Shown here: positions 42,157 through 51,994 of the stretch, piece after piece | Position numbering within the stretch: position 1 is the stretch's first letter | How the letters are laid out: every line of letters begins with the position of its first letter | From: an uncultured delta proteobacterium | GTDB taxonomy: Bacteria; Myxococcota_A; Polyangia; Polyangiales; Polyangiaceae | DNA length: 64,000 nucleotides | Assembly: GCA_963806225.1 (NCBI GenBank) | Contig: CAWDXG010000001.1 | Coordinates: forward strand, 1,376,001 to 1,440,000 | Direction: 5' to 3' | Position numbers and translations under genes: made by a program | Notes under the pieces: generated by a model | Database searches by the model: none | Told to the model about the DNA's origin: nothing | What the model saw: only the letters and a program-made list of their open reading frames with translations

Positions 42157-43059
42157 CTATCTCGTGAACCGCACTGTGATCGGCGGCGTCGTGCGCGAGA
42201 CGGGCTTGCCGTAGCGGTCCCGGCCCGATGTGTAGGTCTGCCGGAATGCGCACTGGCGTGCCAGACGCCCGAAGCCGTGGCCGGGGTCGTTCAGGACGCT
42301 GACCGACCGGGCCCGCCCCTCGGCCGTGACCGTGACCACGACGCGTACCACCGCGTAGTCGACCTGGTCCATGTCCGCCTCGGCCGGGAACCCGCAGCTC
42401 CAGTTGGTGGAGTTGGGTCGCGCGGGGCGGGAGAGATCCTTTGCAGGTGGCGGCGGAGCCTTGACGGGGGCCGTTCCCGTGCCGCCCGGTGTGCCGTTGG
42501 CACGGGCGTACGGGTTCCGCACCGCCGTCTTCGACGTGCCGTCCGATGCCGTGGTGCCGCCCGCGTACCGGTCGCCGTTGCCCGTGACGAAGCCCTGTCC
42601 GGTGAGGTCCAGGGGCTGATCCGGGTCGGGCGGGGCGGTCAGTATCTTGCCCGCCTGGGCCGCGGCCGGGGCAGGTGCCGGCGCGTCCTTCGGTGGCGGC
42701 GGCGTGTTCTCGGGGGGCAGCGGCGCGGTGGGCTCGGGGGCCGGCGCCTGGGGTGGGGGCGGTGGCGGTGGCGGCGGCTTCACTTCGATGTTGATCGTCG
42801 CGCGCAGCCGCTCGGCCACGTCCTCGCGGACCTGGCCCGCGAAGCTCTGGAGGTCGAAGAGCACGCTCAATCCCCGCGCCGCGAGCACTCCGTGCCCCAG
42901 CAGCGCACCCAGGAGCCCGATCACGATGCCGATGCGCATCTCCCGGCGTCCCAGGGACATGATGGGCGCGAACGGATCGCGCCTCGGCCGTCCATCCCGT
43001 TGCGTTGCACGGGCTCGGCTCGTGGCGCTCGGCGGACTGGAATCGGCGACCGTGGCCAT
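42157..43059 (-). CDS. tonB: TonB-family energy transducer
   Basis: One TM with His, Pro-rich spacer, TonB-C-like domain. Confidence 0.8.
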   Translation of the reverse strand: MATVADSSPPSATSRARATQRDGRPRRDPFAPIMSLGRREMRIGIVIGLLGALLGHGVLAARGLSVLFDLQSFAGQVREDVAERLRATINIEVKPPPPPPPPPQAPAPEPTAPLPPENTPPPPKDAPAPAPAAAQAGKILTAPPDPDQPLDLTGQGFVTGNGDRYAGGTTASDGTSKTAVRNPYARANGTPGGTGTAPVKAPPPPAKDLSRPARPNSTNWSCGFPAEADMDQVDYAVVRVVVTVTAEGRARSVSVLNDPGHGFGRLARQCAFRQTYTSGRDRYGKPVSRTTPPITVRFTR

Positions 43060-43066
43060 GACGAGG

Positions 43067-43513
43067 CTACTTCGGCTTGGTTCCCGTCGTGTCGACGGGC
43101 ACACCCTCCGTGGACGGCGTGACAGCGAAGGCGATCTTCGCCACGCCGTTGCGCTTCAGGAGGTCCAGCACGTGGATCACCCGTCCGTGTTCCACTTTGC
43201 GGTCGGCGCGGATGACCGCGCGGAGGTCCGGGTGTTCGCCGCGAGCCTGCTTGGCGAGCTTCCCGATCGCTTCGTCGCTCGGCACCTTCCTCGAATCGAC
43301 GCGCGTCTGGCCGTCGGCGGTGAGCTCCACCGAGAAGATGGTCTGGACGTTTTCCCCGCTGGCTGCCTTGGGTAGGTCCATCGGCATGCCCTGCGAGACG
43401 ATGATCTTGGCCGTCACCATGAAGATGATGAGCAGCACCAGCGTGACGTCCACCAGCGGCGTGACGTTGATGCCACTGATGAGGCCGTCGTCGTCGTCGC
43501 TCTGCCCCGCCAT
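43067..43513 (-). CDS. exbD: ExbD/TolR-family protein
   Basis: INVTPLVDVTLVLLIIFMV; VIRADRKVEHGRVIHVLD. Confidence 0.93.
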   Translation of the reverse strand: MAGQSDDDDGLISGINVTPLVDVTLVLLIIFMVTAKIIVSQGMPMDLPKAASGENVQTIFSVELTADGQTRVDSRKVPSDEAIGKLAKQARGEHPDLRAVIRADRKVEHGRVIHVLDLLKRNGVAKIAFAVTPSTEGVPVDTTGTKPK

Positions 43514-43515
43514 GC

Positions 43516-44241
43516 CTAGTCCTCGTTGTCGTCGTCGGACCGGGAGCCCGGACGCTTGCTCTCGCGCCTTTCGGGTTCCGGTTCGCCGTTGTCCGTGGCC
43601 GTGAGATGGGCGAGCAGCACGCGGGTGAGCGCTTCGGTGTTGGCGAGGATCGCCTTCGACTTGCGCTGGAACACGTTGTACATGGCAACCGCCGGAATGG
43701 CGACGAACAGGCCCATCGCCGTGGCCACGAGCGCTTCGGCGATCGAGCCCATGACTTCCTGCGGCGCGGCCATGGCGGCGGACTGCGCCACCGCGCTGCC
43801 CTGCTTGCCTAGCGCCTCGAAGGCCTGCACGACGCCGATCACCGTGCCGAACAGCCCGATGAAGGGAGCGTTGTTGCCGAGGGTGCCCAGGTAGGCGAGC
43901 CGTCGCTCGAGCTTCATCCGCTCCAGTGCGGCCGCACCCTTCATCGCTTCCTCGGCCGACTGGGCACCGCGGTCGGCTTCCAGCAGACCGGCGGCGACTA
44001 CCGCCGCTTCGGCGCTAGGCGAAGCCTCGAGCAGGCGCCGCGCGCCCTCCATGTCCCCGTCGCGGAGCAGGACGCGGAGCTGCGAAGCCAGCCGGGCCAG
44101 ATCGTCGCGGAGCGACCAGTAGAACCACCCGCGTTCGAGCATGATGGCAACGGAGATCACGCTGAGGCCGACGAGGAGCCACATGACCCACCCCGCCCCG
44201 AAGTTGCTCATCAACCGCTGGAGCCACTGAACCAGATTCAT
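43516..44241 (-). CDS. exbB: MotA/TolQ/ExbB proton channel protein
   Basis: LGTLGNNAPFIGLFGTVIG; IAEALVATAMGLFVAIPA. Confidence 0.93.
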   Translation of the reverse strand: MNLVQWLQRLMSNFGAGWVMWLLVGLSVISVAIMLERGWFYWSLRDDLARLASQLRVLLRDGDMEGARRLLEASPSAEAAVVAAGLLEADRGAQSAEEAMKGAAALERMKLERRLAYLGTLGNNAPFIGLFGTVIGVVQAFEALGKQGSAVAQSAAMAAPQEVMGSIAEALVATAMGLFVAIPAVAMYNVFQRKSKAILANTEALTRVLLAHLTATDNGEPEPERRESKRPGSRSDDDNED

Positions 44242-44439
44242 CTTGCAGGACCTCTTACCGTGGAACGCGCTGTTCGAATGGCGTGGTGCCGCCCGCTCTT
44301 CCCGGGCGGGGCGCGGGGCGCCAAGAGGGCCATTCGCCTAGCACAGATCCGCGCAGGTCGCCTAAGGCCACCCTCCTTGCCGTCAAGCCGTCAGGATGGC
44401 CGGCTGTTCCCGGACCCGGCGTTTTCCGGGGCGAAGCCG

Positions 44440-44477
44440 CCGCGCTCCGGGCTGCCCAGGGCAGCCCGGAGCGCGGC
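44440..44477. terminator. GC-rich hairpin downstream of the 44489..46357 gene
   Basis: ccgcgctccgggctgcc / ggcagcccggagcgcgg stem; no U-tract. Confidence 0.55.
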
Positions 44478-44488
44478 AGGATTGCCAG

Positions 44489-46357
44489 TTACGGCACCTT
44501 GCCGGTCGCGAGGAAGGCGTGCGCGACGCCGCCCTGTCGGGTATCGGCGAAGCCGGCCCACACCTCGCCCCCGGGCTTGACGTGCAGGGTGAAGTAGTCG
44601 CCGATGAAGGTCAGGTCGTTGCGGTCGGTCGTGATGTAGAAGGGCTTGTCGTTGATCGCCTCGTTCGGCGTGCACGTCGGGGGGCCGCTGGTGGCGGGCG
44701 TGCAGACCGTCAGGGCGATGTTCCCCTCGTAGGGGGCGAAACGTCCGTCGTACCAGGCGACGTACACCTTGTGCGTCGAGTGATCGACGGTGATGGCGGG
44801 ATGGAAGTTCGTGGCGCAACCGTCCGGCTCGTCGTTGACCTTCTCGTAGGTCCAGGTCTGTGCGTTGTCGGTGCTGGTCGCGAGCACGATGTCCCAGTCG
44901 CCGTCGGGTGCGCCCGTCACATACGCCACGTAGATGTTGCCGTTGTCCGTCGTAATGACGGGCTGCTCGAAAGGCACGGGCCAGCCGACCTTGCTGATCT
45001 GCTTCGGGGGCGTGCGCGTCTTTCCACCGTCTTCCGAGCGCGAATACAGGATCGCGTTCGAGGTCGAGCCGTGCTGCTCGGCGACGATCGATGCCACCAC
45101 CATGTGGACGACGCCGTTCGCGTCGACCGTCGGCGTGATCAGGTTCGTGTAGCTGCTGGCGCCGGCGCCTCCGAACACCGCCAGGCTGGTGTTGGGCGAG
45201 CCGGGGATCCCCCACGTCTTGCCGCCGTCGGTGGAGCGGATCAGTACCGTGGGATAGGCGTTGCTGCTGCGCGTCGCCAGATACGCCGCGTAGACGGCGT
45301 CCTGGCTCGGGTTCAGCTTGTCGGGGCCGACCGCGAGCCAGGGATGGTCGAGACAGGGCCCGGAACCAGGGCCGCCGAGCGAACCGGAGCAGTCGCTGTC
45401 CGGGTCGACCTTGACGCTGCTCCAGCTCTGACCGCCGTCCGTGGAGTGACCGACCACCAGCCACGCCATACTCGCCGATTGGTTCAGGCCGAGCGTGGAG
45501 TAGAAGAACGTGCCGTCCTTGTCCGCGACGATGTACGGGTCGCTGTAGTAGGACGCGCTCGCGTAGTGCGGCCCCGGGGCCTTCATGAAGCCCAGAGGCA
45601 GCTTCACGCCGGTCGCGTACATCGACGGGTTCTCGTAGCCGCTCTGCGTGATGGCGTTGGCGCCGGCCACGACCTGGTTCTTGGCGTTCTGGGCGAACGC
45701 GACCTCGTCGCTCGAGAAGGACGTGGTGTCCATCTGTTCCGAGGCGCCGAAGTGGCTGTGGTCGAGCAGTGTCGAGTAGTTCGGCTTGCCCGGATCGTTA
45801 TGCTGGAAGCACGCGATGCCCGCCCCGCGCGTGGCAATGAAGCCAGTGGGCGCACAGGCCATCTTGATGCTCTGGACGCCTACGTTGCGGCAGGCGTAGC
45901 CCTGCCGGCAGTCGGTCGGCTGGGTGCACGACTGCATGCAGCGGCCGTTGCCGAAGATGGCGCCTCCGCACACGCCGCCGAACGAGCTGCACATCGAGTC
46001 GCCCTGGCACTGCGCCGTGCAGTAGCCGCCCGGCCAGCGTCCCTGCTGGTTCGGATCATTCTGGCCCGTGTAGCAGCTGAGCCCGCTCTGGCAGCTGCTC
46101 GGATTGCCGCTCTGTCCGTCGCAGGCCGAGCCCAGCCCGGGAGACGAGGTGGCGTCGGGTGCAGCATCGGGCGGGGATGCGTCCGGAACCGGCTGGGCCA
46201 CGTCCTGCTGGGCATCCGAACCGCCGTCCTGGGGTGGCGGAACGATCCAGTTGTCGGAACCTGCGTCATGCGACGAGCTCGACTCGACGGTGCCCCCGCA
46301 GGCCGTGAGTAGAAGCGCCGCGGCAAGCAGCGAGAGGGGATTTTCGGGTCGAAGCAT
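44489..46357 (-). CDS. BNR/sialidase-like beta-propeller lipoprotein with Cys-rich N-terminal domain
   Basis: Lipobox LTAC; STDGGQSW, STDGGKTW, SEDGGKT and STDNAQTW Asp-boxes; FIGDY. Confidence 0.85.
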   Translation of the reverse strand: MLRPENPLSLLAAALLLTACGGTVESSSSHDAGSDNWIVPPPQDGGSDAQQDVAQPVPDASPPDAAPDATSSPGLGSACDGQSGNPSSCQSGLSCYTGQNDPNQQGRWPGGYCTAQCQGDSMCSSFGGVCGGAIFGNGRCMQSCTQPTDCRQGYACRNVGVQSIKMACAPTGFIATRGAGIACFQHNDPGKPNYSTLLDHSHFGASEQMDTTSFSSDEVAFAQNAKNQVVAGANAITQSGYENPSMYATGVKLPLGFMKAPGPHYASASYYSDPYIVADKDGTFFYSTLGLNQSASMAWLVVGHSTDGGQSWSSVKVDPDSDCSGSLGGPGSGPCLDHPWLAVGPDKLNPSQDAVYAAYLATRSSNAYPTVLIRSTDGGKTWGIPGSPNTSLAVFGGAGASSYTNLITPTVDANGVVHMVVASIVAEQHGSTSNAILYSRSEDGGKTRTPPKQISKVGWPVPFEQPVITTDNGNIYVAYVTGAPDGDWDIVLATSTDNAQTWTYEKVNDEPDGCATNFHPAITVDHSTHKVYVAWYDGRFAPYEGNIALTVCTPATSGPPTCTPNEAINDKPFYITTDRNDLTFIGDYFTLHVKPGGEVWAGFADTRQGGVAHAFLATGKVP

Positions 46358-46475
46358 GAGTCACGCTTGTCGCGCCAACGCTGTCGCGTCAACCAGGAAC
46401 TGCGCCGGTGGCTGAGCGATACTTCAGCGCGGCGAGCAGTACCGGATTTTTCTCGGCTCCGCGGATCCCCGTGCG

Positions 46476-47966
46476 TCAGAGCTCGTGCGGCATCAGGTCG
46501 TGCGGCGAGCGGAAGAACTGCTGCGGCGAGTACGCCTCGAGGCACGACACGCGGCGCGTGTAGATGTCCGAGTAGGTGTCCACCTGCAGCCCGAACATGC
46601 TCATCTCGTTCTCTTCCTTGAGCAACGAGCCCCAGTACGGGTGGAAGCTGCGGTCGACGCGGTCGCCGATGATGGCGTACTCGCGCTCCAGTTCGCGCAG
46701 CTCGGTGCGGACCCGCTCCAGGGCGCGCTTGGTGCGGACCTTTTCGGCTTCCACGTCGACGCCGTTGTCGCTGCGCGCGCGGCACAGCTCCTTGAACCGC
46801 TGCTGGTAGAAGCGTAGCTCGTCCTCCAGCTTCTCGCGGGCCTCCTCCAGCCGTCGTTGCCGCGCCATGTCCGCGACGCACGATTCGTGCGCGGCGATCT
46901 CTGCGTCGAGCTCCTGGATGATCATCGCAGTGCGCCAGGACGATTCCTTCTTCGACCTCAGCATGTCGCCGTAGATGTGGTCGCCGACGTACAGCACGCT
47001 GGAGCCGGTGATGCCGGTCAGACGCTCGAATTCACGCAGATTGCCGCCTTCGTAGATCCTGCCGCGCTCGAGGTTGCCGCGCACGTTGCGGAGGACCTCG
47101 CCGTCGCGTTCCATGAGCGGCCGCCCCTCCTTGAACCACAGCGGCTTCTGCGCGGAGACGATCGCCACGTCGAAGTAGTGCTGCCACGACGGGTACTCGG
47201 GCATCGCCGAGCCGATCAGGTAGGTCATCATCTGGCCGGTGAAGGATGCCGGCGAGTTGGTGAGCAGGAACAGCTTCTTGCCGGCGGAGCGGAACTTGTG
47301 CAGCGTTCGAGCCAGCTCCGGATCGCGGTCGACGAAGCGCCCGAGGTCGGCGGTCACAACGCCGTAGACGGTGCCGTCGGCGTGGGCCTCGTCGATGCTG
47401 GCCCGCACGTCGGAAAACAGCTTGTCGTAGTCGATGCGATCGCCGCGGCGCTCCATCGCGTCCACGATCGCTGCATAGCTCGTGACTTCGCTCAGCCCGA
47501 ACAGCGTGTCGATCCAGTGGTAGCGGGACGTGTGCGGGCGGATGCGCTTGTGGTGGTAGAGCTCGATAATCTCGTCGCGCTCGAGCCGCCGCATGCCGTG
47601 GTAGCCCTTGTGGACCACCTTGTAGCGGTCCATTTTCAGGATGTGCCCGTAGCGCTTGTCGATCAGCAGGCCGCGGATCGGAAAGCGCGTGTCGTAGCTC
47701 AGCTTCTTGAGGTAGCGGGGGTAGCCGCGCTTGACCATGTTGGCTGCGGTAAGCTCGATGCTGAGCGCGTCCATGGCGGCCTGCTGGTAGATGGCCAGCG
47801 TGTAGTCCATGTCGAAGCCGATCCATTCGATCGTCGACATGCGCAGGTTCCGGTTGACGAAGACGCGCTCGGAGCGCGGGATGCCGACGCCGGCGGGCTT
47901 GTTGTCCACGACGCCGGGTATGGGCAGCACCAGCTGTCGGGGGTCGGGGGAGATTCGAAGCACCAT
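46476..47966 (-). CDS. HAD-IG family 5'-nucleotidase (cN-II-like)
   Basis: VFVNRNL, GFDMDYTLA, LFLLTNS, AQKP, YVGDHIYGD. Confidence 0.95.
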   Translation of the reverse strand: MVLRISPDPRQLVLPIPGVVDNKPAGVGIPRSERVFVNRNLRMSTIEWIGFDMDYTLAIYQQAAMDALSIELTAANMVKRGYPRYLKKLSYDTRFPIRGLLIDKRYGHILKMDRYKVVHKGYHGMRRLERDEIIELYHHKRIRPHTSRYHWIDTLFGLSEVTSYAAIVDAMERRGDRIDYDKLFSDVRASIDEAHADGTVYGVVTADLGRFVDRDPELARTLHKFRSAGKKLFLLTNSPASFTGQMMTYLIGSAMPEYPSWQHYFDVAIVSAQKPLWFKEGRPLMERDGEVLRNVRGNLERGRIYEGGNLREFERLTGITGSSVLYVGDHIYGDMLRSKKESSWRTAMIIQELDAEIAAHESCVADMARQRRLEEAREKLEDELRFYQQRFKELCRARSDNGVDVEAEKVRTKRALERVRTELRELEREYAIIGDRVDRSFHPYWGSLLKEENEMSMFGLQVDTYSDIYTRRVSCLEAYSPQQFFRSPHDLMPHEL

Positions 47967-48039
47967 TGTCGGGGGCTTCAAGCGTAGACGACACTGGGCG
48001 GATGCGCCATTTCGGTGCGGGAAGCGCTGTCCGGACGCG

Positions 48040-49110
48040 TCACGCAGGCCGCCGGACAACGCCGTGGCCCCGCGCCGACGGGTCGAGGCAGACCGCCGCG
48101 TCGCGCCAGCGCGCGCCGCCGGACAGGGGCGCATCCCGCATGAACAGCAGAGTATCCAGATCGACGAATGCGAATCCGCCGCTGCCGGCCGCCAGGCTGG
48201 CCGAGACGCTCATGGCCAGCTGCGACTCGACCATTCCGCCGACCATCAGTCCCAGGCCGGAGGCCCGCGCTGTCGCGATCATGTCCAACGCCTCCACTAC
48301 GCCGCATTTCATGATCTTGATGTTGACGACGTTGGCGGCGCGCTCGCGGACGATATCCGCGACGTTGGCGGCGCTGCGTGCGCTCTCGTCCGCCGCGACC
48401 GGGATGCCGGCGGCCTGCCGCACGCGGCGCAGGGCGGCGTGATCGCCCGCCGGTGTCGGTTGCTCGAACAACACGACGCGCTTCTGGTCGTCTCCGAGCG
48501 CGTCGAGCAGGGCGAGCGCCTCGTCGGCGGTCAGGCTGGCGTTGGCATCGAGCAGCAGGCTGGAGTGTGGCGCTGCCTCGAGGATGGCGCGCAGCCGTTC
48601 GATGTCGTCCGCGAGCGCGACGCCGCCCACCTTGATCTTGAGTGTGGAAAATCCGCGCGCTGTGGCGCGTTCCGCGCTCCGGCGTGCGTGCCCGGTCGAA
48701 CCGGTGGGGATCGTGATGTCCGTCCGGAGCTCGCGCTCGGCGCCCCCGAACCAGCTCCATAGGGAGATTCCGGCGCGGCGGCACAGCGCGTCGAAAAGAG
48801 CGCACTCCACGGCGCAGCGCGCGCTCGGCGCGGAGAGCTCGCGCAAGCCCGACGCTACGTGGCGCCAGCGCGCGGCATCGAGCCCGAGGACGAGGCTTGC
48901 CGCGTCGCCGAGGGCGGCGAGTGCGTCGGCTTGCGTCTCGCCGTTCACGGCGGGGAAGGGCGCTGCCTCGCCCAGGCCCGCGGTGCCGTCGTCGAGCTCG
49001 AGTGTGACCAGCAGGTTGGCCGCCGTGTGCTGCGAGCCGCCGGCGATACCGAACGGCTCCGAGAGCTCGATGTCGAGCGGTTCGGCCGACAGCTTCGCGA
49101 TCTCCACCAC
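48040..49110 (-). CDS. Dipeptide epimerase (L-Ala-D/L-Glu epimerase, enolase superfamily)
   Basis: LKIKVG, LDAN, FEQP, ADES, NIKIMKCG, DLD. Confidence 0.9.
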   Translation of the reverse strand: MVEIAKLSAEPLDIELSEPFGIAGGSQHTAANLLVTLELDDGTAGLGEAAPFPAVNGETQADALAALGDAASLVLGLDAARWRHVASGLRELSAPSARCAVECALFDALCRRAGISLWSWFGGAERELRTDITIPTGSTGHARRSAERATARGFSTLKIKVGGVALADDIERLRAILEAAPHSSLLLDANASLTADEALALLDALGDDQKRVVLFEQPTPAGDHAALRRVRQAAGIPVAADESARSAANVADIVRERAANVVNIKIMKCGVVEALDMIATARASGLGLMVGGMVESQLAMSVSASLAAGSGGFAFVDLDTLLFMRDAPLSGGARWRDAAVCLDPSARGHGVVRRPA

Positions 49111-49164
49111 CGGACAAGAGCGTACAACAGGCAGCGGCGGCGTCGATGGGCTACCCTGCTTGCA

Positions 49165-49869
49165 ATGCTCCCCATCGCCGTCCTCGTCACCGGAAAGCCC
49201 GTTCCCGCCACGCTGGAGACGCGCGGCCCGTTCGGCGCGCTCATCCGCGAGGCTGCGCAGGGCGCCTGGCCTGGCGAGTGGCGCGATCTCGATTGCGAAG
49301 CGGACCAGGATCTGCCGCCGACGCGCTGCTTCTCCGCGCTGGTTGTCACGGGCTCGCCTGCCAGTCTGACCACGCGCGACCGCTGGATGCTGCGCACCGA
49401 GGCCTATCTCCGCCGCGCGGTGGCCGGCGGCACGCCCGTGTTCGGTATCTGTTTCGGGCACCAGATGCTTGCACAGGCACTGGGTGGCGACGTGCAGAAG
49501 AATCCGCGCGGCCGCGAGATGGGCAGCGTCGACCTCGAGCTGTCGAGCGACGACCCGCTCTTCGACGTGCCCGAGCGCCCGCTCCGCGTGAACATGTCGC
49601 ACGTCGACTCGGTGGCGCGCGCGCCCGCTGGTGCGCGCGTGCTGGCGCGCACCGCGCTCGAACCCAACGCCGCGCTACGTTTCGCAGAGCGCGTCTGGAG
49701 CGTGCAGTTCCACCCGGAGTTCGATGCCTCCGTCATGCGCCAGTACGTCGAGGCCCGCCGCGACATCATCGCCGGCGAAGGGCTCGATCCCGACGCCATG
49801 GAAGCCGCCGCTGACGACGCGCCGTTCGGGGCGGCGGTATTGCGGCGATTCCTCGCGATGCTCGGCTAG
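49165..49869 (+). CDS. Class I glutamine amidotransferase
   Basis: VTGSP, GICFGHQ, QFHPE catalytic triad motifs. Confidence 0.93.
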   Translation: MLPIAVLVTGKPVPATLETRGPFGALIREAAQGAWPGEWRDLDCEADQDLPPTRCFSALVVTGSPASLTTRDRWMLRTEAYLRRAVAGGTPVFGICFGHQMLAQALGGDVQKNPRGREMGSVDLELSSDDPLFDVPERPLRVNMSHVDSVARAPAGARVLARTALEPNAALRFAERVWSVQFHPEFDASVMRQYVEARRDIIAGEGLDPDAMEAAADDAPFGAAVLRRFLAMLG

Positions 49870-50078
49870 GTCACCGGCCATGATCCGGGGGCAGGCGACG
49901 ATCAACCGACGGGCAGGCTTTTCACAGGAAGGCGCGAAGGAGCTCTTCACGGATCCGGGGACGCCTTTTTTGGGGGGGTCGAGAGTTGGGGCGCGGGGTG
50001 CGGCTCGTCCAGAGGGCGTACGCCGCTTGTTGCCGCAGGCGGCTCCTCGTTGTCGCCCGGGTGATACACTCGAGGGCG

Positions 50079-50615
50079 ATGCGGTCGTTGTGGGAGATCG
50101 CCGTGCTCGGCGCGTCCCTGCTGCCCATGCTGCCGGCGTGCGGGGCGCGCGCGGGGCTGTCTGGCGGCACGCTCGCCGACGCCGCGCCCGACGATGCGGG
50201 CTCGGGTGGAGCGCGCTTCGCTCTGCCGGACGCTTCGCCGGCGCCGTTCGACGCAAATCCGCCGGAACATGACGCGGCGTGCGTGCCGATGACCTGCGCC
50301 GAGTCGCTGTCCTATTTTTGCGACAAGGTCGGCTGCCCGCTGCACGCGTTCTCGCTCCAGTGGGGCGATGCAAGGTGGTGCACGATCGGAGCTGTGGCGG
50401 CCTCCGACGCGCAGGCCCAGGATTCGGGTGCATACTGGTTCTCGGTCGAGATCGACCACAACGGCGTCTCGGCGACGCTCCTCTACGACTACACCAGCGC
50501 GGACCTGGTGTTCGTGCTGGGACCGAACCAGACGTCGTGCCTCGCGGGCGAAATGCCGCCCGAGGCGCAGTGCCAGCTCATCATGTACACAGGCGTCGGA
50601 CTCGCCTGTCACTGA
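50079..50615 (+). CDS. Hypothetical Cys-containing lipoprotein
   Basis: Lipobox LPAC; DAG linker. Confidence 0.65.
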   Translation: MRSLWEIAVLGASLLPMLPACGARAGLSGGTLADAAPDDAGSGGARFALPDASPAPFDANPPEHDAACVPMTCAESLSYFCDKVGCPLHAFSLQWGDARWCTIGAVAASDAQAQDSGAYWFSVEIDHNGVSATLLYDYTSADLVFVLGPNQTSCLAGEMPPEAQCQLIMYTGVGLACH

Positions 50616-50733
50616 TGGCGGGCGCCGCGCCGGGGGGGACCCTCGTGCGGGCGCAGGGCGGCTTGACGGTTTGTGCGGCGACGTGCCGCGGCGAGCTGCG
50701 CCGCGTTTCGCGGCGACGGCCGCCCGAGCACCG

Positions 50734-50818
50734 CGCGTGAGGGACCCCGCGCGCGCGCAGCGCAGCGAGCAGTGCGCGGGCGCTCACGCGACGAGCTGTG
50801 CCGGGGGAGCAGCCCCCC
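50734..50818. repeat. Structured intergenic element, probable divergent member of the REP-like family
   Basis: cgcgtgag...ctcacgcg stem with an agcgcagcgag loop, then ggggg-agcag-ccccc. Confidence 0.45.
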
Positions 50819-51972
50819 TACGCCACGTGCTCGACGAAGCCCGGCAGGCTCGCGAAGCGCGTGGTGTGGAACTGCTCGTCGCCGAACAGGGTGTTCAGGA
50901 TGTGCATGCGCTTGAAGTACAGGCCCACGTCGTGCTCGTCGGTGACGCCGATGCCGCCGTGCAGCTGGATGCCCTGACGCGTGACGAAGCCGCCGCCTTC
51001 CCAGAGCTGGCTCTTCGCGGCGCTGATGGCGCGCTGGCGCTCTTCGACGCTCGGGTCCTCGATCTTGAGCATGGCCATGATGGCCGTGCTCTTGGCGAGC
51101 TCCGTCTCGACGAACATGTCTACCGCGCGGTGCTGCAAGCGCCTGGAACGTGCCGATGGCAACGCCGAACTGCTTGCGCTCGGTGAGGTAGTTGCGCGTC
51201 ATCATGAGCACGGTCTGCATGTTGCCGTAGCCCTCCGCAGCACGCGGCCGCCGCGCCGTAGTCCATGGCGTGCTCGAGCACGGCTGCGGCCTTGCCCTCC
51301 TCGCCGAGCAGGCGGTCCTTGCCGACGATCACGCCGTCGAGGTTCACGAGCGCCGCCTTGTGCCCATCCATGCAGTCGACGCGCTGGATCTCCAGCCCCG
51401 GCATGCCCGGATCGACCACGAACAGCGACACGCCGTCGCGATCCCGGTCGCCGCCGCTGGTGCGCGCGCTGACGACGATGTGATCGGCGGCGTGGCCATC
51501 GAGGACCCAGCGCTTCTTGCCGCTGAGCTGGTAGTCGCCGCCGTTCTTCTTCGCCTGCGTCTTCACGTCGCAGACGTTGTGGCGGCTCTGCTCCTCGTCT
51601 TGCGGCCAGGGCGAGGCACTGGTCGCCCGCGACGGCGGGCGCGAGGAACTGCTCCTGCTGTCCGGCGTCGCCAGCGTGGAGCAGCAGCGAGCCTGCCACG
51701 ATGTGCGGGATCATCGGTTCCGGCACCAGCGTGGTGCCGAGCTGCTCGAGGATGAGACCGGCCTCGACGAAGCTCATGCCGAGCCCGCCGACGCTCTCGG
51801 GGAACATCACGCCGAGCCAGCCGAGCTCGCCCATCTGCTTCCACACTTCCTTGTCCCAGCCGAGCTCGGTGTCGCGCAGCTTGCGGAAGCGCTCGACCGG
51901 CGAGTCCTTCTTCACGAAGGCCTGCACCGTGTCCACCAGCATCTTCTGGTCGTCGGAAAGATCGAATTCCAT
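50818..51972 (-). CDS. Acyl-CoA dehydrogenase (FadE/PimD-type partner subunit); three +1 frameshifts
   Basis: WKQMGELGWLG, LSGKKRWV, ERKQFGVAIGTFQAL/QHR and IQLHGGIG spread over frames; breaks near 51600, 51239 and 51138. Confidence 0.88.
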
Positions 51973-51994
51973 TGTCCTACCTCTCTGGCTTCCG

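Noticed and set aside
44245..44480. Cobalamin riboswitch upstream of exbB
   Set aside because: The conserved B12-box and GGGAA/GCCACTG core were not found on the minus strand.
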